Shown here: positions 28,489 through 37,059 of the stretch, piece after piece
Numbering within the stretch: the stretch's first letter is position 1
Layout: each line of letters opens with the position of its first letter
Assembly (NCBI GenBank): GCA_038206355.1
Contig: JBBRAY010000017.1
Span: 4,364-68,363, forward strand
From: Bacteroidia bacterium
Lineage (GTDB): Bacteria > Bacteroidota > Bacteroidia > AKYH767-A > 2013-40CM-41-45
Direction: 5' to 3'
Length of the DNA: 64,000 bases
The notes under the pieces: model-generated
Databases searched by the model: none
Told to the model about the DNA's origin: nothing
The model's input: the letters and a program-made list of their open reading frames with translations, nothing else
Made by a program: the position numbers and the translations under genes

Positions 28489-29372
28489 TGAAAGCATACA
28501 TCTTCCCCGGACAAGGCTCACAATTTATCGGAATGGGAAAGGATCTTTACGATTCCTCCACTATTGCCAAAGCGCTTTTTGAAAAAGCAAATTCATTGCT
28601 GGGTTTTAATATTACAGATCTGATGTTCAGCGGAACAGATGAGGACCTGAAACAAACAAAGGTCACACAACCGGCTATCTTTTTGCATTCGATTATTCAG
28701 GCAATAGTCATGGGTGATTCATTGAAACCGGATATGGTTGCCGGTCATTCGCTCGGCGAGTTCTCTGCACTTGTGGCAAATAAAACACTCACATTTGAAA
28801 ATGCATTGTTGCTGGTGAAAGAACGTGCCGGTGCCATGCAGGCAGCATGTGAAGCAAATCCTTCCACAATGGCAGCAGTTCTTAGTCTGGAAGATGCTAT
28901 AGTCGAAAATATTTGCGCTGAAGTATCAGCCTCAGGAGAAATTGTTGTTGCAGCAAATTATAATTGTCCGGGCCAGTTGGTCATCAGTGGAACGATTAAC
29001 GGAGTAAACATAGCCTGCGAAAAATTAAAAGCTGCCGGCGCCCGTCGGGCATTGGTACTACCTGTTGGCGGCGCATTTCATTCTCCATTGATGGAACCTG
29101 CACGCACACGACTTGCCAAAGCCATTGAAGGAACAACATTCTCTGTTCCGGTTTGTCCGGTATATCAAAACGTTACCGCGAAACCGGTAATCAATCCAGA
29201 TGAAATAAAACAAAATCTCATCGCACAACTCACAGCTCCCGTTCGCTGGACGCAAACCATTCAAAACATGATTGCCGACGGCGCAACACAGTTTATTGAA
29301 GTTGGTCCGGGGAAGGTGCTTCAAGGGCTTGTAAAGAAAGTGAATAAAGAGATGGAAGCGGTTTCTGCGTAG
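28488..29372 (+). CDS. fabD: Malonyl-CoA:ACP transacylase
   Basis: MKAYIFPGQGSQFIGMG, the GHSLGEFSAL active-site Ser, and a conserved C-terminal Gln/His. Confidence 0.9.
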   Translation: MKAYIFPGQGSQFIGMGKDLYDSSTIAKALFEKANSLLGFNITDLMFSGTDEDLKQTKVTQPAIFLHSIIQAIVMGDSLKPDMVAGHSLGEFSALVANKTLTFENALLLVKERAGAMQAACEANPSTMAAVLSLEDAIVENICAEVSASGEIVVAANYNCPGQLVISGTINGVNIACEKLKAAGARRALVLPVGGAFHSPLMEPARTRLAKAIEGTTFSVPVCPVYQNVTAKPVINPDEIKQNLIAQLTAPVRWTQTIQNMIADGATQFIEVGPGKVLQGLVKKVNKEMEAVSA

Positions 29373-29373
29373 G

Positions 29374-29470
29374 GGAAGTAGGGAGGGGAAGTCGCAAGCG
29401 GAAGTCAGTAGGGGAAGTCCCAAGGGGAAGTCAAGAGGAGAAGTCGCTAGGCAACCTCTTGCGACTTCTG
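29374..29470. repeat. GA-rich degenerate ~9-mer array (GGGGAAGTC-like units) with an embedded inverted repeat (GAAGTCGCAAG...CTTGCGACTTC)
   Basis: Read directly. It is the reverse-complement counterpart of the TC-rich array downstream of the 29553..29966 gene. Confidence 0.6.
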
Positions 29471-29552
29471 TTAGTGAATTCCGATACTGATCCGGATGCC
29501 AATAAAATAAACTGTATAAATCAGTTGGCGAGCCCGAATCTACCATATAGTT

Positions 29553-29966
29553 TTGGGGTTGATGGAAAAAATATTTACTAAAGAAATTAAGTATAGTCAT
29601 CTGGGATACGAAGGCTTGAATGTTTACCGCTTATCATTCATTTTAGCAATGGATATATTCGAAATTTCTAAAACATTCCCTAAAGAAGAAAAGTATTCCT
29701 TAACAGACCAGGTGCGAAGAAGCTCAAGGTCTATATGCGCAAATCTGGCTGAAGGATATCGTAAGCGCATTTACCCAAAATCATTTTCCGCAAAAATGAT
29801 TGACTGTGCCGGAGAATGTTCAGAAACTTTGGTTCACTTGAAATTTGCCCATTGTTGTAATTATATTACCTCGGAAATTTTAACTTACTTTGAAACAAGA
29901 TACGATGAGGTGGGGAAAATCCTCAACTACATGTATCAACATCCTGAAAAATTTGCACCGAAATGA
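29553..29966 (+). CDS. Four-helix-bundle protein (the 23S-rRNA-intervening-sequence / 'S23 ribosomal'-like family)
   Basis: 137 aa. YRLSFILAMDIFEISKTFPKEEKYSLTDQVRRSSRSICANLAEGYRK matches this family's conserved core. The gene is bracketed by inverted repeat arrays. Confidence 0.75.
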   Translation: MGLMEKIFTKEIKYSHLGYEGLNVYRLSFILAMDIFEISKTFPKEEKYSLTDQVRRSSRSICANLAEGYRKRIYPKSFSAKMIDCAGECSETLVHLKFAHCCNYITSEILTYFETRYDEVGKILNYMYQHPEKFAPK

Positions 29967-30010
29967 AATGGTAACATTAATTAAAACTAAAAATTCACGG
30001 CTATTGGATT

Positions 30011-30222
30011 TGACTCCCTCCTTCCGCTCCCTACTACCTACTAATCGGCTGCTGTTCTTCACTTCCTCCTTCCGCTCCCTACTCGCGACCACTCGGCTGC
30101 TGGATTTAACTCCCTCCTTCCGCTCCCTACTTGCGACCACTCGGCTGCTGGATTTACCTCCCTCCTTCCGCTCCCTACTCGCGACCACTCGGCTGCTGGA
30201 TTTAACTCCCTCCTTCCATCTA
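30011..30222. repeat. Tandem ~48-bp repeat, about 4.3 copies (unit TCCCTCCTTCCGCTCCCTACTCGCGACCACTCGGCTGCTGGATTTAAC)
   Basis: Read directly, with periods of 48, 48, 49 and 47 nt. It has open frames in several phases only because the unit length is a multiple of 3. Confidence 0.85.
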
Positions 30223-30241
30223 AAATACTAATCAACAACAA

Positions 30242-31771
30242 GTGCCAATCATAAACTCGATACTCTCCTGGTGGATGAAAAAACGAATGCACCAGGTGGA
30301 GCTTTTCATCAAGTACCCGCATGAGGTGCAGGAGGACTGGCGTGTGCGGTTGATTCAGGCTGCTAAGATGACGGAATGGGGACGCAAATATGACTACTCA
30401 ACTATACGGTCGCTGAAAAATTTTAAAGAACGTGTACCGGTTAGCAATTATGATTCGGTTAAACCATTTATTAAACGGATCATGCATGGCGAACAGAATA
30501 TTTTATGGCCCAGCGATATCAAATGGTTTGCAAAATCTTCCGGAACTACATCCGATAAAAGTAAATTCATTCCTGTCAGCAATGAAGCGATGGAGGAATG
30601 TCATTTCAAAGGAGGAAAAGATTGCGTTTCATTTTATTGTACAAACAACCCCGATACAAAAATATTTACAGGAAAGGCGCTGCTACTCGGCGGAAGTCAC
30701 CAGATCAACACTTTCAGTAATGAATCTTTTTATGGTGACATCTCCGCTGTACTCATGCAGAACCTCCCCTTCTGGATACAGTTCCTTCGAACACCTGATT
30801 TATCCATTGCCCTCATGGATAAGTGGGAAGAAAAAATTGAACGACTTGCCGATGCTACTATCAATGAAAACGTAACCAACATCAGTGGTGTTCCTACCTG
30901 GACGCTTGTGCTGGCGAAACATGTGATGGAGATGACCGGTAAAAGCAACCTCCTCGAAATATGGCCAAACCTGGAATTGTTTATCCATGGTGCTGTGAGT
31001 TTCACTCCTTACCGCGACCAGTTTGCAAAACTGATTCCTTCGGAGAAAATGAGTTACCTGGAAACCTATAATGCCTCAGAAGGTTTTTTTGGTATTCAGG
31101 ATCAGCCACGCAGCGATGAGATGTTGCTGATGCTCGACTATGGTATTTACTATGAGTTCATGCCGATGGAAGAATACGGAAAAGATTTCCCTGATACCCT
31201 TTCACTCGAACAGGTGGAGCTCAATAAAAATTATGCTGTCGTCATTTCCACCAATGCCGGACTGTGGAGATACCTCATCGGCGATACCGTGAGGTTCACT
31301 TCTTTGAATCCATACCGGATAAAAATTACAGGACGTACTAAATTATTCATCAATGCCTTTGGCGAAGAGGTGATGATTGAAAATACTGACAATGCTGTAC
31401 ATATTGCCTGTGAGAAAACAGAAGCACTGATCAGGGATTATACTGTTGCTCCTGTTTATTTTTCTGAAAGTGAAAACGGTGCCCATGAATGGCTAATCGA
31501 ATTTGAAAAAGCACCTGACAACCTTGACTACTTTATTGAAACGCTTGATACTGCTCTCAAATCACTCAACAGCGATTACGAGGCAAAACGGTATAAAAAT
31601 ATGGCGCTCAGAAAACCAATACTAAAGGTACTTCCTGAAAATACATTCTATTCATGGATGAAGAGCAAAGGAAAACTGGGCGGACAGCACAAAGTACCAA
31701 GATTGAGTAATGATCGTAAATTTGTGGAGGAGATTCTTCATATGCTGGATCAACAGAATACTAAGGTATAG
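30242..31771 (+). CDS. GH3-family (auxin-responsive-promoter-like) acyl-acid amido synthetase homolog
   Basis: 509 aa. The N-terminus (LFIKYPHEVQEDWRVRLIQAA...) and the adenylate-forming GH3 architecture (SSGTTSDKSKFIPVS, YNASEGFFGIQD) fit the family. Confidence 0.8.
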   Translation: MPIINSILSWWMKKRMHQVELFIKYPHEVQEDWRVRLIQAAKMTEWGRKYDYSTIRSLKNFKERVPVSNYDSVKPFIKRIMHGEQNILWPSDIKWFAKSSGTTSDKSKFIPVSNEAMEECHFKGGKDCVSFYCTNNPDTKIFTGKALLLGGSHQINTFSNESFYGDISAVLMQNLPFWIQFLRTPDLSIALMDKWEEKIERLADATINENVTNISGVPTWTLVLAKHVMEMTGKSNLLEIWPNLELFIHGAVSFTPYRDQFAKLIPSEKMSYLETYNASEGFFGIQDQPRSDEMLLMLDYGIYYEFMPMEEYGKDFPDTLSLEQVELNKNYAVVISTNAGLWRYLIGDTVRFTSLNPYRIKITGRTKLFINAFGEEVMIENTDNAVHIACEKTEALIRDYTVAPVYFSESENGAHEWLIEFEKAPDNLDYFIETLDTALKSLNSDYEAKRYKNMALRKPILKVLPENTFYSWMKSKGKLGGQHKVPRLSNDRKFVEEILHMLDQQNTKV

Positions 31772-31804
31772 GAATGAGGATTGAGTATTGAAGTGGGAAT
31801 GATA

Positions 31805-32125
31805 AGTCAGAAGTTAAAAGTTAAAAGTTACGAATTACGAGTTTCAAATTGAGGACGAATAAATGACCAATGACGGCTGCTCCTTTCCCCACGTTCACCC
31901 CTTCCCCATAGCCATCGGGACCTGAAGGGGGCATTCGCACAGAATATGATATACAATTTTGATTTTGTACTCGATTATAATCCCGTGAACTAATGACTTA
32001 ATGACGGCTGCTTCTTCTTAAGTCAAAACGCAAAAGTTAAAAGTTACAAGCTACGAATTACGAGTTTCAAATTTACAATGAGCAAATGACTAATGACTTA
32101 ATGACGGCTGCTTCAATGACGGTTG
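31805..32125. repeat. Intergenic repeat family: two ~80-bp copies (AAAAGTTAAAAGTTAC.AG.TACGAATTACGAGTTTCAAATT...AATGAC.AATGACGGCTGCT.C) plus extra copies of the AATGACTTAATGACGGCTGCTTC module, flanking a CCCCTTC...GAAGGGG hairpin
   Basis: Read directly. There is no ORF of 60 aa or more in this 400-bp gap. Confidence 0.6.
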
Positions 32126-32168
32126 TTTCAGCAATACTCAAGACGTAAATTAAAATTTATATTAAAAA

Positions 32169-32960
32169 GTGAAATTGAAAAACCTAATTTCCATCATCAC
32201 TTGCATCGTACTTGTTTCATTCACTCCGGATGAATTCAGGCTGATCAATTCTTTGCCGTTCACAAGCGCCCGCCTTACAACTGATCGCCTTGGGAACGCA
32301 TACGTCATTGTTGAAAATCAGCTATTGGAATTTGATTCATTGGGAAAACCGAAAGCCAATTTCGCAGAAACAAATTCCGGAATACTTACTTCAGTTGATG
32401 CCGGTAATCCGTTTAAGATAATGCTGTTCTACCGCGACTTTGCCCGTTTGCAATTGCTCAACAATAAACTATCAAAGGAATCTACCATCGAATTACGTGA
32501 TGCAGGAATCATGCAGCCGCTCGTGGCATGCCAGTCGTATCTTGATGGTTACTGGATTTTTGACCAGCAGGATTTCTCTCTTAAAAAAATAAACCTCAGC
32601 CTCCGGCTAGTTTACCAGAGTGGAAACATGAATCAGACACTGGGCTATTCACTGGAACCGGAATCAGTAAAAGAATCCGGCGACAATATTTACATGAACA
32701 ATCCCGCTACGGGAATGCTGGTTTTTGATAAGTTCGGCACTTACTATAAAACCATTCCGATTACCGGCATTGTCTCATATCAGATTATCGAAAATAATTT
32801 ATTGTACGTCAAAGACAATAAACTCAACCAGTACAATTTTACCACCTTCGACGACCACGAGGTAATACTCCCTCCTTTTGAATCACTGGTGGCGGCAAGA
32901 TTTGAACAGCAGAAACTTTTTTTATTAACAACTGCCTCTCTTACTTTTTATTCTTATTAG
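32169..32960 (+). CDS. Hypothetical protein
   Basis: 263 aa with a hydrophobic N-terminus and beta-rich composition. No recognised motif. Confidence 0.4.
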   Translation: MKLKNLISIITCIVLVSFTPDEFRLINSLPFTSARLTTDRLGNAYVIVENQLLEFDSLGKPKANFAETNSGILTSVDAGNPFKIMLFYRDFARLQLLNNKLSKESTIELRDAGIMQPLVACQSYLDGYWIFDQQDFSLKKINLSLRLVYQSGNMNQTLGYSLEPESVKESGDNIYMNNPATGMLVFDKFGTYYKTIPITGIVSYQIIENNLLYVKDNKLNQYNFTTFDDHEVILPPFESLVAARFEQQKLFLLTTASLTFYSY

Positions 32961-33049
32961 ATTCGCTCGCTGAAACGTTTTTCGTTCACATAATCAGGAA
33001 AACAACAACAAAATACTTATTTCGAATTTAACATTATTCAATTTAAACT

Positions 33050-33799
33050 ATGACAGTTAAAAGCGTCCGCAAAAAATCTTCCTCCAAGGCAAGTGTAAAA
33101 TCAAAAGCACCATCACGTAAAGTAAATGTGACTGTAAAGTCCGAAAAGGAAAAGTACATCCCGACAAAGAAGCAGGTGAATCCGCTTCACATTGCCATTG
33201 CCGGGAATATCGGCGCCGGAAAAACAACACTGACCAATCTGCTTTCCAAAAACATGAAATGGGAACCGCATTATGAAGCGGTAGAGGACAATCCATACCT
33301 CAACGATTTTTATGAGGACATGCAGCGCTGGAGTTTTAACCTACAAATCTATTTTCTCAATTCCCGCTTTCAGCAGGTGATGAAAATCCGCCAGAGCGGG
33401 AAAACAATTATCCAGGACAGGACCATTTATGAAGACGCACACATCTTTGCTCCAAATTTACATAGTATGGGACTGATGACCACCCGCGACTTCAACAATT
33501 ACCAGGCGTTGTTTGATCTGATGAACAAATTTATTTCTCCGCCTGATTTACTGATCTATCTGCGTGCATCTGTTCCAACGCTGGTAAACCAGATCCAGAA
33601 ACGTGGTCGCGATTATGAAAATACCATCCGCATTGATTACTTAAAACGATTGAATGAGCGTTATGAAGCATGGATATCAACCTATGAAATGGGAAAAATC
33701 TTAGTCATTGACATCGACCACATCAACTTTGCAGAAAACCGCGAAGACCTCGGTGGCATCATCAATAAAATAAATTCACAGATCAACGGATTGTTTTAA
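33050..33799 (+). CDS. Deoxynucleoside kinase (dNK/dGK family) with a ~45-aa Lys/Ser-rich N-terminal extension
   Basis: P-loop IAIAGNIGAGKTT. ERS-like and lid motifs are present (EAVEDNPYLNDFYEDMQRWSFNLQIYFL; IQDRTIYED). The N-terminus (MTVKSVRKKSSSKASVKSKAPSRKVNVTVKSEKEK) is histone-H1-like. Confidence 0.8.
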   Translation: MTVKSVRKKSSSKASVKSKAPSRKVNVTVKSEKEKYIPTKKQVNPLHIAIAGNIGAGKTTLTNLLSKNMKWEPHYEAVEDNPYLNDFYEDMQRWSFNLQIYFLNSRFQQVMKIRQSGKTIIQDRTIYEDAHIFAPNLHSMGLMTTRDFNNYQALFDLMNKFISPPDLLIYLRASVPTLVNQIQKRGRDYENTIRIDYLKRLNERYEAWISTYEMGKILVIDIDHINFAENREDLGGIINKINSQINGLF

Positions 33800-33877
33800 T
33801 TACTTAACATATACTACCCAGCATAAACAATTTGCGAAGTGGTAACTTAGACTTGAAAAGAGGTTGTCTCAAAATTA

Positions 33878-33898
33878 AAGAGATGGCCTCTTTTTTTT
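33878..33898 (+). terminator. Putative Rho-independent terminator after the kinase gene
   Basis: AAAGAG-ATGGC-CTCTTT hairpin followed by a T8 run. Confidence 0.45.
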
Positions 33899-33982
33899 AC
33901 CCTTATGGTTAGCAGGGATTTCTATTTCAGATTTTAGTTGCCCGCGAGTGGAATACCTTATGATTTTTTTTCGCGCTCTTTA

Positions 33983-34237
33983 ACCCATTCTACTTTTTAT
34001 CCTGATCAGCGCATTCACAAATTTGCTGCTTTTCTTTTTATTAAACCTCCCGCAGTTTATTTTTTCAAAAATATTTTTTTATCCAATAATTAAATTCCAT
34101 CTCCAATTTCGATTACGATTCTTAAAACCTATATGCCTGCCTGGATTGTAAGCCCGGCTGTTCTTTTCTTTTTAGCAGCCACATCCGCTTTTTAATGCAA
34201 CCATCTTCTGATGAAGAAGATTGTGTATTTTTCAAAA
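33983..34237. repeat. Cassette leader repeat, copy 1 (~250 bp, near-identical to 35936..36181)
   Basis: Two blocks (about 110 bp and 105 bp) are almost identical between the copies, separated by a ~40-bp diverged core. It contains the ATCTTC-TGATG-GAAGAT hairpin immediately 5' of the downstream gene. Confidence 0.85.
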
Positions 34238-34251
34238 CTAAAAATATCATT

Positions 34252-35091
34252 ATGAAAATAATAATTCTTCTTTTCGTTCTAAGCATTTCCTTATTGTTAA
34301 CAACTGCTTCTAAAGCCCAAATAATTCTGGAACATACTCTGGATTCAACTGGCGTTCCCTATTTTTATTATACTGATATCGGGAACAACGATTTTAAATA
34401 TGTTTTTCTCAATCGAGCATTAAATAGTTTTAGCTTGTTTAATATGGATATGTCACCATTCCTTATAAATATTAGTATCCCTGTAACCAATGATTCAATT
34501 TCCCAGGGGTTTGGTGTTATATATATCACGAAAACTTTATTTGATTGCGACTCTACAAACCTTGAATATGTTTATGAAAATCCTTACAGCGTCAATAGTA
34601 AGTTTCGTGTATTTAGAACAGACGGAACAATGTTACTTGAGGTGGATAGTGCCAACGGTCCATATTATTTAGGAGGAGGAATTTATGGGGGCTCCAATGA
34701 TTTCAGACCAATTGCAAATACATCAGATGGAACAAAATTGTTTTTACAGAAATACAATAATAATGGCATACCAGAGATATTAATTTATGGTTTGTGCGGT
34801 ATTCTTCCATTGCACATTTATGATTTCAGAGACATGAAATCATACGTACAAATATTTCCTAATCCAGTAAATCAGGAATTAAATTTTGAAATCTCGTTGC
34901 CAAATAATCATGAAGAATTTCAAATTACAATTTTTGATACGAATTCCAAGGAACAAAAAAAGCAGTGTATTTCATTATCTCAAAACAAATGTGTTCTTGA
35001 TGTGAGAAATTACAACAGTGGTACCTATTTCTATTCCCTTTCCTCAAAGAATAAAATATATCAAAGTGGTAAATTTATGATATCAAAGTAA
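34252..35091 (+). CDS. T9SS-sorted hypothetical protein, cassette gene 1, copy a (the ORF track extends to 34195 through the repeat)
   Basis: The start at MKIIILLF has a signal peptide. The TLFDCDSTNLEY motif is shared with its paralog. The C-terminus (YVQIFPNPVNQELNFEI...GTYFYSLSSKNKIYQSGKFMISK) is T9SS sorting-domain-like. Confidence 0.65.
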   Translation: MKIIILLFVLSISLLLTTASKAQIILEHTLDSTGVPYFYYTDIGNNDFKYVFLNRALNSFSLFNMDMSPFLINISIPVTNDSISQGFGVIYITKTLFDCDSTNLEYVYENPYSVNSKFRVFRTDGTMLLEVDSANGPYYLGGGIYGGSNDFRPIANTSDGTKLFLQKYNNNGIPEILIYGLCGILPLHIYDFRDMKSYVQIFPNPVNQELNFEISLPNNHEEFQITIFDTNSKEQKKQCISLSQNKCVLDVRNYNSGTYFYSLSSKNKIYQSGKFMISK

Positions 35092-35132
35092 AATTAATAA
35101 AAATAAATCTTAACTTCAAAAAATAAATACAA

Positions 35133-35831
35133 ATGAAAAATCAATTCAAACTGATAACATTAACCATATTGGTAATCGTCAGTGCCCAATTCAATTCTGC
35201 CGTTGGGCAGGTAACAGTTCCTACAAATGGGATTACTTCTACCGATTATGTCGGCAGTAGTAATCCTAATGATGTATTGTTTAAAGGAAATGGAAATCTT
35301 TATTTAAAACTATTGCAAAGCAACGGTAATCTTGGTTTAAGTAACCCAACAAATTGGGCTGGCGGTTTTGTTCCTAATTTTAGTTTAGATGTAGATGCCG
35401 GAGACATTAATTTAAACACCTTCACCAATGCATATCGTATTGGCGATGGCTCAACAGGTAATAGTGTTCCTGTACTTTGGCATAACGGTATTATCAGCAG
35501 TATTTATGTAGGCGTTGGAGCAGGGAACTCAACAAGCGCGGCTACGGAGAATACCTTTGTTGGTAACAATTGCGGAAATATTATTGGACTTGGGGGCTCC
35601 AATACTTTTGTAGGGTACAATTCGGGAGCCTTAAATACAGGTGGTTCACTAAACACTTATATTGGTAGCAGCGCCGGTCCGATAAGCACTACAGGAGATG
35701 CAAATACTTTTATTGGAAATGAGTCCGGATTTTCTAATATAACCGGCGGGGAAAACACCTTTGTTGGCGCACTCAGCGGCCATACCAGTAATGGCGGTGG
35801 CGGAAATACCTTTATTGGTGCAAGGGTATAA
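35133..35831 (+). CDS. Gly-rich fibre-like repeat protein, N-terminal module only (cassette gene 2, copy a). It lacks the stalk, the S74 module and the sorting domain
   Basis: Signal peptide. NTF(V/I)G beta-helix-like repeats. The last ~105 aa are encoded by a block ~98% identical in nucleotides to 37390..37702. It ends (..GNTFIGARV*) where copy b continues. Confidence 0.6.
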   Translation: MKNQFKLITLTILVIVSAQFNSAVGQVTVPTNGITSTDYVGSSNPNDVLFKGNGNLYLKLLQSNGNLGLSNPTNWAGGFVPNFSLDVDAGDINLNTFTNAYRIGDGSTGNSVPVLWHNGIISSIYVGVGAGNSTSAATENTFVGNNCGNIIGLGGSNTFVGYNSGALNTGGSLNTYIGSSAGPISTTGDANTFIGNESGFSNITGGENTFVGALSGHTSNGGGGNTFIGARV

Positions 35832-35935
35832 TCCGGAAATTAAAATCATTTCTCTTTCTGATGGAAATTTTTCTGTATATTTAGTCTCAGTAATCTAAAT
35901 CAGTAATGGAAACATCCCCTCTCGTTTCTCTTTTA

Positions 35936-36181
35936 CTTTTTATCCTGATCAGCGCATTCACAAATTTGCTGCTTTTCTTTTTATTAAACCTCCCGCAGTT
36001 TACTTTTTCAAAAATTTTTTTTTACCCGCTCGGTAAATTCAATCTTACGTTTCGGTTGCAAATCTTAAAACCTGTATGCCTGCCTGGATTGTAAGCCCGG
36101 CTGCTCTTTTCTTTTTAGCAGCCACATCCGCTTTTTAATGCAACCATCTTCTGATGAAGAAGATTGTGTATTTTTCAAAAA
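35936..36181. repeat. Cassette leader repeat, copy 2
   Basis: See copy 1. Both copies carry TATGCCTGCCTGGATTGTAAGCCCGGCTG..TTTTTAGCAGCCACATCCGCTTTTTAATGCAACCATCTTCTGATGAAGAAGATTGTGTATTTTTCAAAA. Confidence 0.85.
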
Positions 36182-36197
36182 AATAAAAATTAATTCT

Positions 36198-37022
36198 ATG
36201 AAAATAATTCCGTTTGTTTTGATGTTACTGTTAAGTATTTTAAGCAAAGCTCAATTTACTTTTGAGCAAACCTATATAATAGGCGGAGGACATGAATCGC
36301 CTTTTCTAACCAATCTTGGAAACAATAATTTCAAGTGGGTTTTGAATGACTATTTCCACGACAAGTTCAGTTTGTACAATTTGGATCACAGTCCATTTTT
36401 GGTAAATATACCATACGCCGTTTCTTCTGATTCAGGACAATCGTACGCATTAGGTTATATTACAAATACATTATTTGATTGCGACAGCACAAACATTGAA
36501 TATACTTTGATGAGCGCATCTCCGAATCCTGCTCGAAAATTTATGGTGTACAGAACGGATGGTACGCTCTTGTTTTCTAAGGACAGCGTTACAGTTCCTT
36601 ATGCTCTCGGTGCTAATGTTGGAAGCGTTTCATGGCATGGTGTAACTAATACAAATGGAGGAACTAAACTGACGCTCTTTAAAGCCATCTCAGGTCAATT
36701 TCAATTTAACATATATGGGCTATGTGGAATATTGCCTGAAAATATAACAGAGATCTACCAATCGTCATCTTTTGTTCAAGTTTCACCTGTGCCATCTTCG
36801 AACCAGGTAAAATTCAGGATAATTCCTCCCGGCAACCTGGATGAATACAATTTAATAATTTTTAATTCGGAATATCAAACCATACAAACTACAAGTATTC
36901 CCACAGGACGTGAGACTGAAATAAACCTGGACGGCCAGTCTTTAAGTACAGGAACTTATTTCTATTCTCTGCAAAACAAAAACAAAATATTTCAAACAGG
37001 AAAATTCATTATTTCAAAATAA
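36198..37022 (+). CDS. T9SS-sorted hypothetical protein, cassette gene 1, copy b (paralog of 34252..35091 at roughly 40% identity)
   Basis: MKIIPFVLMLLLSILSKAQ signal. TLFDCDSTNIEY and YGLCGILP are shared with copy a. The C-terminus (FVQVSPVPSSNQVKFRI...GTYFYSLQNKNKIFQTGKFIISK) is T9SS sorting-domain-like. Confidence 0.65.
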   Translation: MKIIPFVLMLLLSILSKAQFTFEQTYIIGGGHESPFLTNLGNNNFKWVLNDYFHDKFSLYNLDHSPFLVNIPYAVSSDSGQSYALGYITNTLFDCDSTNIEYTLMSASPNPARKFMVYRTDGTLLFSKDSVTVPYALGANVGSVSWHGVTNTNGGTKLTLFKAISGQFQFNIYGLCGILPENITEIYQSSSFVQVSPVPSSNQVKFRIIPPGNLDEYNLIIFNSEYQTIQTTSIPTGRETEINLDGQSLSTGTYFYSLQNKNKIFQTGKFIISK

Positions 37023-37059
37023 AATTCTTTAAACAACATACACTTAATTCTTAAATAAA

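Noticed and set aside
29058-29600. 180-aa minus-strand ORF spanning the fabD 3' end and the GA-rich repeats
   Set aside because: It is antisense to fabD and runs through the repeat array. It has no domain signal.
28417-30222. Possible CRISPR array (regular short repeats at 28.4 kb and 30.0 kb)
   Set aside because: The 8-mer and 48-mer units are directly tandem with no unique spacers. The units are not CRISPR-like palindromes, and there are no cas genes.
29880-30322. Three overlapping ORFs (29890..30231 +, 29880..30188 -, 30059..30322 -) encoding SRERKEG / LTPSFRSLLATTRLLD repeat 'proteins'
   Set aside because: They lie entirely inside the 48-bp tandem repeat. The unit length is a multiple of three, so all frames stay open. 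The repeat-generated periodic peptides have no start context or plausible fold.
30432-30875. 147-aa plus-strand ORF inside the GH3 gene
   Set aside because: It is an alternate frame of a well-supported 509-aa GH3-family CDS.
34195-34251. N-terminal extension MQPSSDEEDCVFFKTKNII on cassette gene 1 (and the same on copy b)
   Set aside because: It is encoded by the conserved leader and hairpin. The signal peptide begins only at the internal MKII start, so the extension is unlikely to be translated.
35906-36094. 62-aa ORF inside cassette leader copy 2
   Set aside because: It falls within the conserved non-coding leader. The equivalent stretch in copy 1 has no start codon. It is hydrophobic only because of the T-rich sequence.
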